A stretch of 42,147 nt of DNA from Nitrospirae bacterium RBG_16_64_22 (GTDB lineage: Bacteria; Nitrospirota; RBG-16-64-22), in the NCBI GenBank assembly GCA_001803795.1, contig MHEK01000059.1:1-42147 (forward strand). The letters run 5' to 3'. The notes below the pieces were generated by a model that worked only from the letters and a program-made list of their open reading frames with translations, made no database searches and had not been told where the DNA came from. Positions 23,680-33,315 of this stretch are shown one piece after another (the stretch's first letter is position 1; the number at the start of each line of letters is the position of its first letter). The position numbers and the translations under genes are program-made.

Positions 23680-24612
23680 ATGACCCGGAACCGAGCAGGC
23701 ATGCGCCCTCTCGACAGACAGATCGTCTATTTCAACGGCCGATTCCTCCCCGCCGGCCGGGCCTGCCTTTCCATCTTCGACCGTGGAATTCTCTACGGGG
23801 ACGGGATCTTCGAGACCTTCCGAAGCTACGGCGGAAAGCTCTTTCGCGTCAGGGATCATCTCGGCCGCCTCGCCTCGTCGGCAAAGGCCGTTGGAATGGC
23901 CCTGCCGCTACCCGCCGAAAGGCTCCATGCCATCCTTTCAGAGTGCCTTCGGCGGAATCAGCTTCGAGACGCGACACTCCGGCTCACGATCACGAGGGGG
24001 AGCGGAACGCCGGGCGACCTCGCCCCTCGAACCGATCCGGCCCACACCGTCTTCATCACGGCCAAGCCGATTTCTCCGCCCGGCCCCTCCCAGGTCCGCC
24101 AAGGGGTCGCCGCGGTCATAATCAGGCGATTCCGGACCGACCGCCAGGGGGTCCCCCCCCGGAGCAAGACGACGAGCCGGCTCCTGGGGATCCTGGCCCG
24201 CCGGGAGGCGAAGGACGCCGGCGCCTTCGAGGGAATACTCCTGAACGACAAGGGAGAGATTACGGAAGGAACGACGACGAACATATTCTGGGTCCGGAAG
24301 GGAATGCTCTACACACCGCCTTTCCGCGCGGGCATCCTTCCGGGAATCACGCGGGCCGTTACGCTGGAGGCCGCGCGGCGGATCGGCCTCCCCGTCCGCC
24401 TGGAAACCGGGAGGCCCGCGCGGCTTTACCGCGCCGACGAGGTCTTTCTCACCGGGACCTCGATCGAAGTGCTCTCCGTCTCCGGTGTGGACGGCCGCCG
24501 AATCGGCACGGGGCGCCCCGGTCCTGTCACCCGGAGACTCCAGGAGGCCTTCCGTCAGATCGTCGAAACCGAGACTCATTCCAAGCTGGCCCCCCCGGAG
24601 AAGCGACGATGA
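23680..24612 (+). CDS. class IV (fold type IV) PLP aminotransferase: branched-chain/D-amino-acid aminotransferase or aminodeoxychorismate lyase type
   Basis: 310 aa. IFDRGILYGDGIFETFRSYGG, KTTSRL, EGTTTNIFWV and GILPGITR motifs. An alternative start is at M8 (23701). Confidence 0.8.
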   Translation: MTRNRAGMRPLDRQIVYFNGRFLPAGRACLSIFDRGILYGDGIFETFRSYGGKLFRVRDHLGRLASSAKAVGMALPLPAERLHAILSECLRRNQLRDATLRLTITRGSGTPGDLAPRTDPAHTVFITAKPISPPGPSQVRQGVAAVIIRRFRTDRQGVPPRSKTTSRLLGILARREAKDAGAFEGILLNDKGEITEGTTTNIFWVRKGMLYTPPFRAGILPGITRAVTLEAARRIGLPVRLETGRPARLYRADEVFLTGTSIEVLSVSGVDGRRIGTGRPGPVTRRLQEAFRQIVETETHSKLAPPEKRR

Positions 24613-25286
24613 ACCCGATCCAGTCCGCCGAAGACCTCGCGTCCCGAATCGACGCTTCCCTTCTCTTTTCCGGGGCCACGTTCACCGACGTCCATCGCCT
24701 CTGCCTCGAAGCCCGGCGCGAGCGGTATCACGCCGTCTGCGTCAATCCCGTCTACGTCCCGTCGGCCGTCGACTGGCTGAAGGACTCGGGGATCGCCGTC
24801 GTTGCGGCCGTTTCGTTCCCCCTCGGCGCCGGAACGACGCCGACCCGCGTCATCGAGGCGATGGAAGCCGTCAAGAACGGCGCGGCCGAACTGGACATCG
24901 TGATGCCCCTCGGCCCGTTCAAGTCCGGCCGGCTGGACCTCGTCCGCGTCGACCTCGGGAACCTCATCAGCCTCACGCCGACCGTCGTCCACAAAATCAT
25001 CCTGGAAACGCACCTGCTCGCGGACGAGGAATGGCCCATCGCCGTCGACTTGGCGATCGAAGCCGGAGCACAGTTCGTGAAGAACGGCACGGGGAACGGC
25101 CCGCCCGTCTCGCCAGCCGTCATCCGGCGTCTCCGCCAGCTCGTCGGAACGCGGTGCCGGATCAAGGCCGCCGGCGGAATCCGGACGCTCGAAGATGCGG
25201 AAGCCCTGTTCGAAGCCGGAGCCGACCGGATCGGAACGAGCATGGCCGAGGATATGATGACCCGCTTCAGGGAAAGGCTGGCGTAG
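24609..25286 (+). CDS. deoC: deoxyribose-phosphate aldolase
   Basis: ATGA overlap with the aminotransferase gene. VCVNPVYV, FPLGAG, ELDIVMP, FVKNGTG (Schiff-base Lys region) and IKAAGGIR. Confidence 0.8.
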   Translation: MNPIQSAEDLASRIDASLLFSGATFTDVHRLCLEARRERYHAVCVNPVYVPSAVDWLKDSGIAVVAAVSFPLGAGTTPTRVIEAMEAVKNGAAELDIVMPLGPFKSGRLDLVRVDLGNLISLTPTVVHKIILETHLLADEEWPIAVDLAIEAGAQFVKNGTGNGPPVSPAVIRRLRQLVGTRCRIKAAGGIRTLEDAEALFEAGADRIGTSMAEDMMTRFRERLA

Positions 25287-25289
25287 GCA

Positions 25290-25318
25290 TTGACACCTCC
25301 CCTCTTCCAAGGTATAGT
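25290..25318 (+). promoter_or_regulatory. near-consensus sigma70 promoter of the chemosensory locus
   Basis: TTGACA 25290-25295, 17-nt spacer, TATAGT 25313-25318. About 100 nt of leader precede ATG 25422. Confidence 0.55.
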
Positions 25319-25421
25319 TTTCCTTGAGAAAAGCGGCGCTCTTCCTTTTTCCGACATTTACATGCGGTCAACATAACACCCAGAGGTTCTTCGCAAGATG
25401 AAGGACCCCCACTAAGGATTC

Positions 25422-26834
25422 ATGGCCGGCGAAACGATCCTCGCCATCGACGACAGCCCCACCGTCCGAAAACTCATGGAGATGATCCTCTCCACCGAAG
25501 GGTACCGAATCATCACGGCGGCCGACGGGATGGAAGGGATCGCCAAGGCCAAGGTGGAGGAGCCGGCTGTCATTCTCGTCGACTTCGTCATGCCCAAAAT
25601 GAACGGGTTCCAGGTCTGCAAGGCGATCAAGGAGACCGCGAACCTGCAGGACACGCCGATCATCCTGGTCACGTCGAAGGGCGAAACGGTCGGCTCAAAA
25701 TTCGTCAACTTGTTGGGCATTACGGAGTACTTCACTAAGCCGTTTCAGCCGGAAGACCTCCTCGAAAGGATCCGCGAGGTGATCGACCGGTCGCCCCGGC
25801 CGCAGGCCCTGGCGGCCGCCGAGACGCTCGTCGCCGCAACCGAGACGGTCATTGAGGCCGAACCGGTCGAGGTCGCCGAAACCGTCGAAGAAACCCCGCC
25901 GGCCCCTTCCCCCGAAGCGCCCGCCCTTCCCCCTATCCCGGGACTGGAAGAGCGCGTCGAAGCCCTCGTGCGGGCCACTCTCCAGAGGTTCTTCAAGGAG
26001 GAGTTCCCGTCGATCGTCCGCTCCGTCCTCCCGGCGGGCCTCGGCTCATCGTCCGAGGCGGGCGCACAATCGGGCAAGAACGTTTCCCTCTCCGGGGATC
26101 TCTCCCTCTTCCCCCTGCCCGACATTCTCCAGCTCATTTCGATCCAGAAGAGGACCGGGTGCCTCTGGATCGGTTCCGAAGAGAACCATGCGGAGGCTTT
26201 CTTCGAGGGTGGACTCGTCGTCTTCGCCGCCCTCGAGCACAAGCCCCCGGAGGATCTCATCGGCCGTCTTCTCATGGAATCGTCCAAGATCAACGCGGCC
26301 CAGCTCCGCCACGCTCTCGCCGATTCGGAGAAGTCCGGCGTCCCGCTGGGCCAACTGCTCGTCCGCGGAAGCCTGATCACGGCGGCGGAACTCCTCAGCG
26401 TCGTCCGGATCCAGAGCCAGAGGACCGTCTATCGGGCGCTCGGCTGGAAATCGGGACGGTTCGCCTTCACCCGAGAGCCCCTGCCTGCGGCTTTCGCGGG
26501 GACCGGCCTCTCCCTCAGCGTAGACGACCTGATTCTCGAAGGCGTCCGCCGGATCGACGAGTGGCAGGTCATCTCCCAGAAACTTCCGAGCCTGAACATC
26601 ATCCTCACCCGCCTGATCTCGAACGCGGAAGAGATGGGAAAGATCAATCTGAACCCGTCCGAGCTCAAGGTCCTGCAACTCATCGACGGCAAGCGGGACA
26701 TCAAGGCAATTATCCGCGACAGCGGCATGGGCGACTTCGAGGTCTGCAAGATCCTTTACGTCCTGATGTCCACGAACCTTCTGAAAAAAGTCGGAGAAAC
26801 CGAGCGCTCACGCAGGACTCCCCAGTTTCTTTGA
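25422..26834 (+). CDS. response regulator: N-terminal receiver + Pro/Ala/Glu linker + C-terminal PATAN (DUF4388) domain
   Basis: 470 aa. REC motifs ILAIDDS...LVDFVMP...VTSKG...TKPF. The PATAN/DUF4388 signature is LSGDLSLFPLPDILQLISIQKRTGCLWI ... GQLLV. AAGGA is upstream of the ATG. Confidence 0.8.
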   Translation: MAGETILAIDDSPTVRKLMEMILSTEGYRIITAADGMEGIAKAKVEEPAVILVDFVMPKMNGFQVCKAIKETANLQDTPIILVTSKGETVGSKFVNLLGITEYFTKPFQPEDLLERIREVIDRSPRPQALAAAETLVAATETVIEAEPVEVAETVEETPPAPSPEAPALPPIPGLEERVEALVRATLQRFFKEEFPSIVRSVLPAGLGSSSEAGAQSGKNVSLSGDLSLFPLPDILQLISIQKRTGCLWIGSEENHAEAFFEGGLVVFAALEHKPPEDLIGRLLMESSKINAAQLRHALADSEKSGVPLGQLLVRGSLITAAELLSVVRIQSQRTVYRALGWKSGRFAFTREPLPAAFAGTGLSLSVDDLILEGVRRIDEWQVISQKLPSLNIILTRLISNAEEMGKINLNPSELKVLQLIDGKRDIKAIIRDSGMGDFEVCKILYVLMSTNLLKKVGETERSRRTPQFL

Positions 26835-26895
26835 CGCAGATGAGGGAAGGGGTCTTAACTCACGCTAAAATATGCGCTTTTTAACGGGCGATCCC

Positions 26896-26924
26896 TTGAC
26901 AGCCCGGGGACCCTGTGATACGGT
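26896..26924 (+). promoter_or_regulatory. candidate internal sigma70 promoter upstream of cheY
   Basis: TTGACA 26896-26901, 17-nt spacer, TACGGT 26919-26924. Confidence 0.35.
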
Positions 26925-26976
26925 TTGGCTACCGACCGCAATGCCAGGCAGTGAGTATGTTTCACCCGGAGGAATC

Positions 26977-27339
26977 ATGGCCAATATCTTGATTGCCGAC
27001 GACAGTTATTCCGAGCTCCAAATCTTCCAGGCCACCCTGGAGCCCACCGGTCACCGGCTCATCACCGTCATGGACGGCGAAGCCGCCGAGGAGAAGGTCA
27101 AGGCCGAGCCGATCAACCTCATCATCCTCGACGTCATCATGCCGAAGAAGAACGGGTTCCAGGTCTGCCGGACGCTCAAGACGGACGAAAAGTACAAGCA
27201 CATCCCGATCATCATGTGCACGCAGAAAGACCAGGACAGCGACAAGTTCTGGGGGATGAAGCAGGGCGCGGACGAGTACCTCACGAAACCCTTCAACCCC
27301 GCCGACCTTGTCCGCCTGGTCAAGAAGTACCTTTCCTGA
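26977..27339 (+). CDS. cheY: single-domain CheY-like response regulator (PilH/PixH-like)
   Basis: 120 aa from an internal ATG with GGAGGA upstream. ILIADDS, ILDVIMP, MCTQK and TKPF. Confidence 0.85.
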   Translation: MANILIADDSYSELQIFQATLEPTGHRLITVMDGEAAEEKVKAEPINLIILDVIMPKKNGFQVCRTLKTDEKYKHIPIIMCTQKDQDSDKFWGMKQGADEYLTKPFNPADLVRLVKKYLS

Positions 27340-27365
27340 TCCGCATGGGCCGGAGGGGCCTCAGG

Positions 27366-28235
27366 ATGATATCGAAGTCGATGAAGAGAACGCGAAACCC
27401 GGGAGCCGCCGCGCTCGCCGGGCTGTGCTTGTGGCTTCTTTCGCCGGCGGCGCCGGGCCGGGCCGCTGAAGAGATCGTCTGGACGGGGGAGCGTTCGATC
27501 TACTACGGCGGCCTCCAGGACGCCGCCAACGAGTTCACGCGGCTGACCAAGATCAAAGTGACGGCAATCCCGGGAGGGTGCGGGGCCGCCTCCGCCGGCG
27601 TCAAGCAAGGCAAGGTCGACGTGGGCGGCCTATGCTGCGCCATCAAGGAAGAGGAACTCTCCAAGTTCGGCTTCAAGCACTACCCCATCGGAATCGAGGG
27701 CCTTGCCATCGTCGTCCACCCCTCCAACCCGGTCAAGTCTCTCACCCAACAGCAGGTCAGGGACATTCTCACCGGCAAGATCACGAACTGGAGGGAAGTC
27801 GGCGAGAAGGACCGGCCGATCAAGGTCGTCGCCCGCCCGCATTGCACGGACCGGGAAGGGAACTGGAAGCAGATCGTTCCCGACAAGAAGCTCCTGGCCA
27901 AGGGGCGGATAGACGTCAAGGAAGACCAGGACGTCCTTCTGGCCGTGAAGGACCACGAGAACTCCATCGGCATCATCGGGCTGAACATGGTCAATCCCCG
28001 CTTCGCGCGGGCGATTGCGATCGACGGAATCGTGCCAGGGCGCCCGTCGCTCATCGACGGCACCTATCCCTGGAAGATCCAGAACTCCCTCATCCTGGCT
28101 TCGAACAGCTCCGCCGCCGCGAAGAAATTCGTCGACTTCATTCTAGGCGACGGGAGAAAGCTCCTCCACAAGGACCTGGTCTTCCTCGACGAGGTGAAGC
28201 CCGCCTCTGCCAAGAAGACCGGAAAGGGAAAGTAG
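27366..28235 (+). CDS. exported PstS-family (PBP_like_2) periplasmic substrate-binding protein, orphan
   Basis: Signal peptide AAALAGLCLWLLSPAAPGRAA. Hallmark LTQQQVRDILTGKITNWREVG of PstS-like proteins. GGAGGGG lies 7 nt before ATG 27366 (alternative ATG 27345). No ABC permease or ATPase genes are nearby. Confidence 0.7.
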   Translation: MISKSMKRTRNPGAAALAGLCLWLLSPAAPGRAAEEIVWTGERSIYYGGLQDAANEFTRLTKIKVTAIPGGCGAASAGVKQGKVDVGGLCCAIKEEELSKFGFKHYPIGIEGLAIVVHPSNPVKSLTQQQVRDILTGKITNWREVGEKDRPIKVVARPHCTDREGNWKQIVPDKKLLAKGRIDVKEDQDVLLAVKDHENSIGIIGLNMVNPRFARAIAIDGIVPGRPSLIDGTYPWKIQNSLILASNSSAAAKKFVDFILGDGRKLLHKDLVFLDEVKPASAKKTGKGK

Positions 28236-28245
28236 GCTCCGCGCG

Positions 28246-28728
28246 ATGGCCGAGTCGACATTCGTTCAGGACGCTCCCGCCGCCGAAGAGGCCTCTCTGG
28301 GCTTCTGCACTTTTCAGATCGGCGGAGAGTTCTACGGCCTGGACATTGTCCTCGTCCAGGAGGTGATCCGTTCGCAGAAGGTCTTCCCCGTACCGACGAC
28401 GCCCCCGTACGTTCTCGGCGTCATTAATCTTCGGGGAACCATCATCCCTATAGTCGACATCAAGCGCGTTCTCATGCAGACCCCCTGGCGGGAAACCCCC
28501 GACACGCGCCTTCTGATCCTTCAGCAGGATCAGACCCTTGTCGGATGGGCCGTCGACGCCGTCGGAGACATCGCGTGGCTGCCCGTCTCGCGCGTCGAGC
28601 CCTTTCAGACCCGCCGTGACGAGCCGGGGTTCAAGTACGTCGATCGGATCGGAAAGGTGTCGGAACAGACGGCGCTCGCCCTCGTTGACGGGCCTCGCCT
28701 GATTGCTGATCTTCGGATTCGAGGATAG
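28246..28728 (+). CDS. cheW: CheW-like coupling protein
   Basis: 160 aa. FQIGGEFYGLDIVLVQEVI...VLGVINLRGTIIPIVD. Confidence 0.85.
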   Translation: MAESTFVQDAPAAEEASLGFCTFQIGGEFYGLDIVLVQEVIRSQKVFPVPTTPPYVLGVINLRGTIIPIVDIKRVLMQTPWRETPDTRLLILQQDQTLVGWAVDAVGDIAWLPVSRVEPFQTRRDEPGFKYVDRIGKVSEQTALALVDGPRLIADLRIRG

Positions 28729-28761
28729 GACTCTGGCAACGGCGGCGGAAAAGAACGGACC

Positions 28762-28785
28762 GTCCGCGCCCATCTGAGCGCGGAC
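28762..28785 (+). other. perfect 8-bp GC-rich stem-loop in the cheW-mcp spacer (no U-tract)
   Basis: GTCCGCGC ccatctga GCGCGGAC. It is followed by the GGAGGAGG RBS of mcp, so a terminator is unlikely; it is possibly an mRNA processing or stability element. Confidence 0.35.
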
Positions 28786-28809
28786 AGGACCCGATCGGAG
28801 GAGGTCGTT

Positions 28810-30672
28810 ATGGCTCAGACCACGAAGGAACGCATCATTCCGGCCCAGCAGTCGGCCGGGCTCGGCATCGGGGCGAAGATCGGGATCATCATCGCCCTCC
28901 TGGCCGTCCTCATCGGCATCGCGACAGCCGTATACCTCTACGCCAAGATGAGCGGGACCCTCACGGGCGAGATCGAGAAGCGCGGCCGGGCCCTGGCCTC
29001 GGGACTCGCGACGAGCGCCACGAACCCGATCCTGACCAACTCGAAGAGCGTCCTCAAAACGATCGCCAATGACATCCTCAAAGAGGAAGCCGTCGACTAC
29101 GTTGTGATCCTGAACGACGAAGGCAAGTCTCTCTTCAACTCCTTTGAGGGCGAGAAGATCCCGGATGAAGTCGCCAACGCCGCGAAGACCGCAAACAAGA
29201 CCGCCGTCGACAGACAGAACCTCAAACTGAGGGGAATCGAAATTCTCAACATCAGCGCCCCGGCCGTGGAAGGGAAAGTCGGCTCTGTCCACATCGGCAT
29301 GTCGACAGCCGGAATCGCGCTCCTCGTACGCAACACGATCTTCGTGATACTTACCGTGTTCACCTTCGTTCTCATCGGCGGGTGGGCCATCGCGTATGTC
29401 GTCTCCAACCGCATCATCGTCGCCCCGATCCAGGACGTCATGTCCGTCGCCCGGTCGGTCGGACAGGGAGACCTGTCCCGCGAGGTCAAGGTAACCAGCC
29501 AGGACGAGATCGGTCAGCTCGGCGCCACGGTCAACGAGACGGTCAAGCGGCTGCGCCACCTGGTCCAAACGGAGGACGAGCGGAACCAGATGCAGCGCCA
29601 GGTCATGGACCTCCTCTCGATCGTCTCCGCGGCCGCGGAAGGAGACCTGACCAAGCAGGCCGTCGTCACGGCCGACGCCCTCGGATCGCTGGCCGACGCC
29701 TTCAACCTGATGGTCGACGGTCTGACGACCCTGATCAACCAAGTGAAGGACGCCTCTCTCGAGATCGACGGCGCCTCCCGGAAGGTCCTGTCCGCCGCCG
29801 ACGGTATCCGCCGCAGCGCGGAGGAGCAGACCGTCCACATCGGCCAGACGGCCCGCACCGTCAACGCGATGAGCCAGTCTATGACGCAGATGGCCCAGAG
29901 CGCCGAGTCCGCGGCCCAGTCATCCGCCGTGGCCACCGATACGGCGCTCAAGGGCGAAAATTCCGTGGCCGAAACGATCCGCGGCATGCACCGGATCCGA
30001 AGCACCGTTCAAACGACGTCCAAGAAGGTCAAGAGCCTCGGCGAACGGTCGATGGAAATCGGCGCCATCATCGAAGTGATCAACGACATCGCCACGCAGA
30101 CGAACCTCCTGGCGTTGAATGCCGCCATCGAGGCCGCCAGGGCCGGCGAACACGGCAAGGGATTCGCCGTCGTCGCGGACGAAGTGCGGAAACTGGCCGA
30201 ACGATCCGCCAAAGCAACGAAGGACATCGCCAACCTCATCAAGGGAATCCAGGTCGAGACGAACGAGGTGGTCACTGCCATGGAAGAAGGGACGCGGGAG
30301 GTGGAGGAAGGAACCCGCCTTGCCGACCAGGCCGGATCCGCCCTCAAGGAGATCGAGACGGTGGTCCGCCGAACGGCCCAATCCGTCACCGAGATCTCCC
30401 AGGCCGCCCGCCTTCAAGCGAAATCCACCGAAGAGGTCGTCCGAACCATGGAGGGAATGTCCACGGCGACGCGTCAGGCGGTCGAAAACGTCCGCGGTGC
30501 CTCCGAGACCATCCGCGGTCTGGCCGAGCTATCAGCCCGTCTCGTCTCGTCAATCGGTCGGTTCAGGGTCAAGGAGAAGAGAGCCGAGCCCGCCGGCGTG
30601 TCTGCCTCTTCCGCCCGGCGGCCCGCGCTTCAGGAAGAAGAGATCGACCTGGGGTTTTTGGAAACGAAATAA
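28810..30672 (+). CDS. methyl-accepting chemotaxis protein (2 TM, ~150-aa periplasmic domain, HAMP, MA domain)
   Basis: 620 aa. GGAGGAGG RBS. Highly conserved hairpin tip [47 protein letters not shown]. Confidence 0.9.
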   Translation: MAQTTKERIIPAQQSAGLGIGAKIGIIIALLAVLIGIATAVYLYAKMSGTLTGEIEKRGRALASGLATSATNPILTNSKSVLKTIANDILKEEAVDYVVILNDEGKSLFNSFEGEKIPDEVANAAKTANKTAVDRQNLKLRGIEILNISAPAVEGKVGSVHIGMSTAGIALLVRNTIFVILTVFTFVLIGGWAIAYVVSNRIIVAPIQDVMSVARSVGQGDLSREVKVTSQDEIGQLGATVNETVKRLRHLVQTEDERNQMQRQVMDLLSIVSAAAEGDLTKQAVVTADALGSLADAFNLMVDGLTTLINQVKDASLEIDGASRKVLSAADGIRRSAEEQTVHIGQTARTVNAMSQSMTQMAQSAESAAQSSAVATDTALKGENSVAETIRGMHRIRSTVQTTSKKVKSLGERSMEIGAIIEVINDIATQTNLLALNAAIEAARAGEHGKGFAVVADEVRKLAERSAKATKDIANLIKGIQVETNEVVTAMEEGTREVEEGTRLADQAGSALKEIETVVRRTAQSVTEISQAARLQAKSTEEVVRTMEGMSTATRQAVENVRGASETIRGLAELSARLVSSIGRFRVKEKRAEPAGVSASSARRPALQEEEIDLGFLETK

Positions 30673-30676
30673 GAGC

Positions 30677-30716
30677 GGGGGAATCGGTGCGTCGGTGAAT
30701 GGGTTGATGGGGAGAA
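30677..30716. repeat. octad tandem array (CGGTGAAT/GGGTTGAT type), 5 units
   Basis: gggggaat cggtgcgt cggtgaat gggttgat ggggagaa, starting 4 nt after the mcp stop. It is the G-rich complement of the ATTCACCG/ATCAACCC arrays. Confidence 0.8.
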
Positions 30717-30764
30717 TCCAGCCCCCCAACCACCCGGCCGCCCGGTTCTTCGATCGGAGCGTGA

Positions 30765-33281
30765 ATGGCTGGAAAGTTTGACAAATCGGCCTTGATCGAG
30801 TTCTTCCTGATCGAGGCCGAAGATCACATCCAGAACCTCACGAACGGCCTGCTCGCAATCGAGAAGGCGCCGGAGAACCGGGACGTCCTCGACGAGCTGT
30901 TCCGGACGGCCCATACGCTGAAGGGCTCCGCGGCCATGATGGGCTACAGCGTCGTGAGCGAGATCGCCCACCGCATGGAGGACGCGCTGAGCCAGGTCCG
31001 CTCGGGCGAGCGTACCGCCGACACCAAGATCGTCAACTTCGCGTTAGAGACCCTCGACTCGATCAAGCAGGTCATCCAGGACATCACACAGCGAAAAGAA
31101 GAAGACCCGCGCCTCGCGGGCCGGGTCAACGCGAGGTTCCAGGAGTTTTTCCACGGCGGTCCGCCGGCCGAGCCCGTCCCGGTCCCGTCCGCGGCGCCTC
31201 CGCCCCCTTCCGCCGCATCCGTCTCATTGCCTCCCAAGGCGCCCCCCGCCCCATCCGCTGTTCCGCCCGAGACGGCGCCTTCCGCACCGCCTCTCACCCT
31301 GAAGACCTCCATCGACGAAGCCAAGAAGGAGGGCGTCGTCGAAAAGCGCGAGTGGGGAAAGCGGGCAACGGACGTCTCTGAGATCGAGAAGCAGGTCATC
31401 CGCGTCAACATCAACCAGCTTAACAACCTGATGAATCTGGTCGGCGAGCTCGTCATCAAGCGGAACCATCTCGAGCGCCAACTCCACTTCGTCCAGGCCG
31501 TCAAGGAACAGCTTTCTTTCAGCCAGGCGCGTCTTCTCAAGACTGTCCGGGGCTTCGAGGAGAAGTACGAGTTCTCCCTCCCCGCCGCCGCGCCGGCTCC
31601 GGCGGCCAAGCCGGAATTGGGTTCGTTCACCGGCGACTTCTTCGACATGGAGTTCGACCGTTACGACGATTTCAACCTCCTCTCTCGCCAACTCGTCGAG
31701 ATCACGAACGACCTCAACGAGGTCATGAACGAATTCAACTCCTTCTTCGACGGGTTCGACGAGGAGACGTCCCACATCTCGATGATCACGAGCCGCCTGC
31801 AGGAAGAGATCACGGCGGCCCGCATGGTCGAGCTCGACCGGCTCTTCCTCCGGTTCTCGAGGCCCGTCCGGGACCTGGCCCAGGCCGAAGGAAAGGCCGT
31901 CTCCATCATCATCGCCGGCGGCGAAACGAAGATCGACAAAACAGTCTTCGAGATGATCTCCGACCCCCTCATGCACCTCGTCCGCAACGCGGTCTCCCAC
32001 GGGATCGAGCCCCGCGAGGAACGGATCCGCCGGGGCAAGGAGCCGACCGGCACGGCCATTCTTCGGGCCCGCCACGAGGGGAACTCGATCATCCTCGAGG
32101 TCGAGGACGACGGGCGCGGGATCGATCCGGAGCTTCTGCGCACGGAGGCCGTGCGCCGTGGATTCCTGAGCCCGGCCGCCGCCAAGGAGCTCTCCGATTC
32201 CGAGGCGATCAACCTCATCTTCCTTCCGGGCTTCTCGACGCGCCGTGAGGTCACCGAGATCTCCGGCCGCGGCGTCGGCATGGACGTCGTGAACACCGAT
32301 ATCGCCAAGGTCAACGGACGGATCGAGGTCCAGACCGAGCTGGGCGTGGGAACCAAGTTCAGCATCAAGCTCCCGCTCACGCTCGCGATCTCCCAGGCGC
32401 TCATCGTCCGGTGCGGCGGCAGCGAGTTCGCCATCCCCCTAGCCACCGTCGAGGAGACGACCCGCTTCACGCTCCGCGACATCCAGACGGTCGCCGGCGA
32501 GGAGGTCGTCAACCTGCGCGGCAGGTTCCTCCCCCTCATCCGGCTCGAGAATCTCTTCGGAATGCAGCCCCTTCAGCCCCCCGACCGGTACACAAAATAC
32601 CCCTCCCTGATTCTCGGAGTCCTCGAGAAGCGTGTCGGCCTGATGGTCGAGGAGATCGTCGGCCGGGAGGACATCGTCGTCAAGGGGATGGGAGAGTTCT
32701 TCCGCGACGTCCGGATCTTCTCCGGGGCGTCCGTCTCCGGCGAAGGAACGGTCCGGCTCATCATCGACTCCTTCAACCTCGTCGGACAACAGGGAATCGC
32801 CGAGAAGGCGAAGGCCACGTTCATCAAGGGTGAATCCGCCGCGGCCGCTCCCGAAGCCGTGGCGCCGGCCGGCGCGATCGCTCTCGCCGAGGAGGCCCCC
32901 TCCGGGCCTCCCTCGGTCCTCGTAGTCGACGACTCGATCAGCATCCGGAAGTACGTCAGCCACGTCCTCGAGCGCGTCGGCTTCAAGGTCGAGGTCGCCG
33001 TCCACGGGCTCGAAGCGCTGGAAAAGATGTCCGGTCGGAAGTTCAACCTCGTCATCACGGACCTCGAAATGCCCGTCATGCACGGATACGAGCTGATCGC
33101 CGAGCTCAAACGGTCCCCGAAGACGGCCAGGCTTCCCATCGTCGTCCTCACGTCGCGGGCCGGCGAGAAGCACCGCCAGAAGGCCCTGGAGATGGGCGCG
33201 CAGGACTACATCGTCAAGCCGTTCGACGAACAGACGCTCATCGACATCACACGGCGGCTCACGCAGACCGTCGCGGCCTGA
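30765..33281 (+). CDS. cheA: hybrid chemotaxis histidine kinase CheA-REC (Hpt, extended dimerisation region, HATPase, CheW-like, C-terminal receiver)
   Basis: 838 aa. Hpt FRTAHTLKGSAA. N/G boxes HLVRNAVSHGIE, DDGRGID, GRGVGMDVV. CheW-like region. C-terminal VLVVDDS...ITDLEMP...LTSR...VKPF. Confidence 0.9.
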   Translation: MAGKFDKSALIEFFLIEAEDHIQNLTNGLLAIEKAPENRDVLDELFRTAHTLKGSAAMMGYSVVSEIAHRMEDALSQVRSGERTADTKIVNFALETLDSIKQVIQDITQRKEEDPRLAGRVNARFQEFFHGGPPAEPVPVPSAAPPPPSAASVSLPPKAPPAPSAVPPETAPSAPPLTLKTSIDEAKKEGVVEKREWGKRATDVSEIEKQVIRVNINQLNNLMNLVGELVIKRNHLERQLHFVQAVKEQLSFSQARLLKTVRGFEEKYEFSLPAAAPAPAAKPELGSFTGDFFDMEFDRYDDFNLLSRQLVEITNDLNEVMNEFNSFFDGFDEETSHISMITSRLQEEITAARMVELDRLFLRFSRPVRDLAQAEGKAVSIIIAGGETKIDKTVFEMISDPLMHLVRNAVSHGIEPREERIRRGKEPTGTAILRARHEGNSIILEVEDDGRGIDPELLRTEAVRRGFLSPAAAKELSDSEAINLIFLPGFSTRREVTEISGRGVGMDVVNTDIAKVNGRIEVQTELGVGTKFSIKLPLTLAISQALIVRCGGSEFAIPLATVEETTRFTLRDIQTVAGEEVVNLRGRFLPLIRLENLFGMQPLQPPDRYTKYPSLILGVLEKRVGLMVEEIVGREDIVVKGMGEFFRDVRIFSGASVSGEGTVRLIIDSFNLVGQQGIAEKAKATFIKGESAAAAPEAVAPAGAIALAEEAPSGPPSVLVVDDSISIRKYVSHVLERVGFKVEVAVHGLEALEKMSGRKFNLVITDLEMPVMHGYELIAELKRSPKTARLPIVVLTSRAGEKHRQKALEMGAQDYIVKPFDEQTLIDITRRLTQTVAA

Positions 33282-33315
33282 GAGGCGCGGCTTCGACGCG
33301 CTTGGAGACCCGTTC

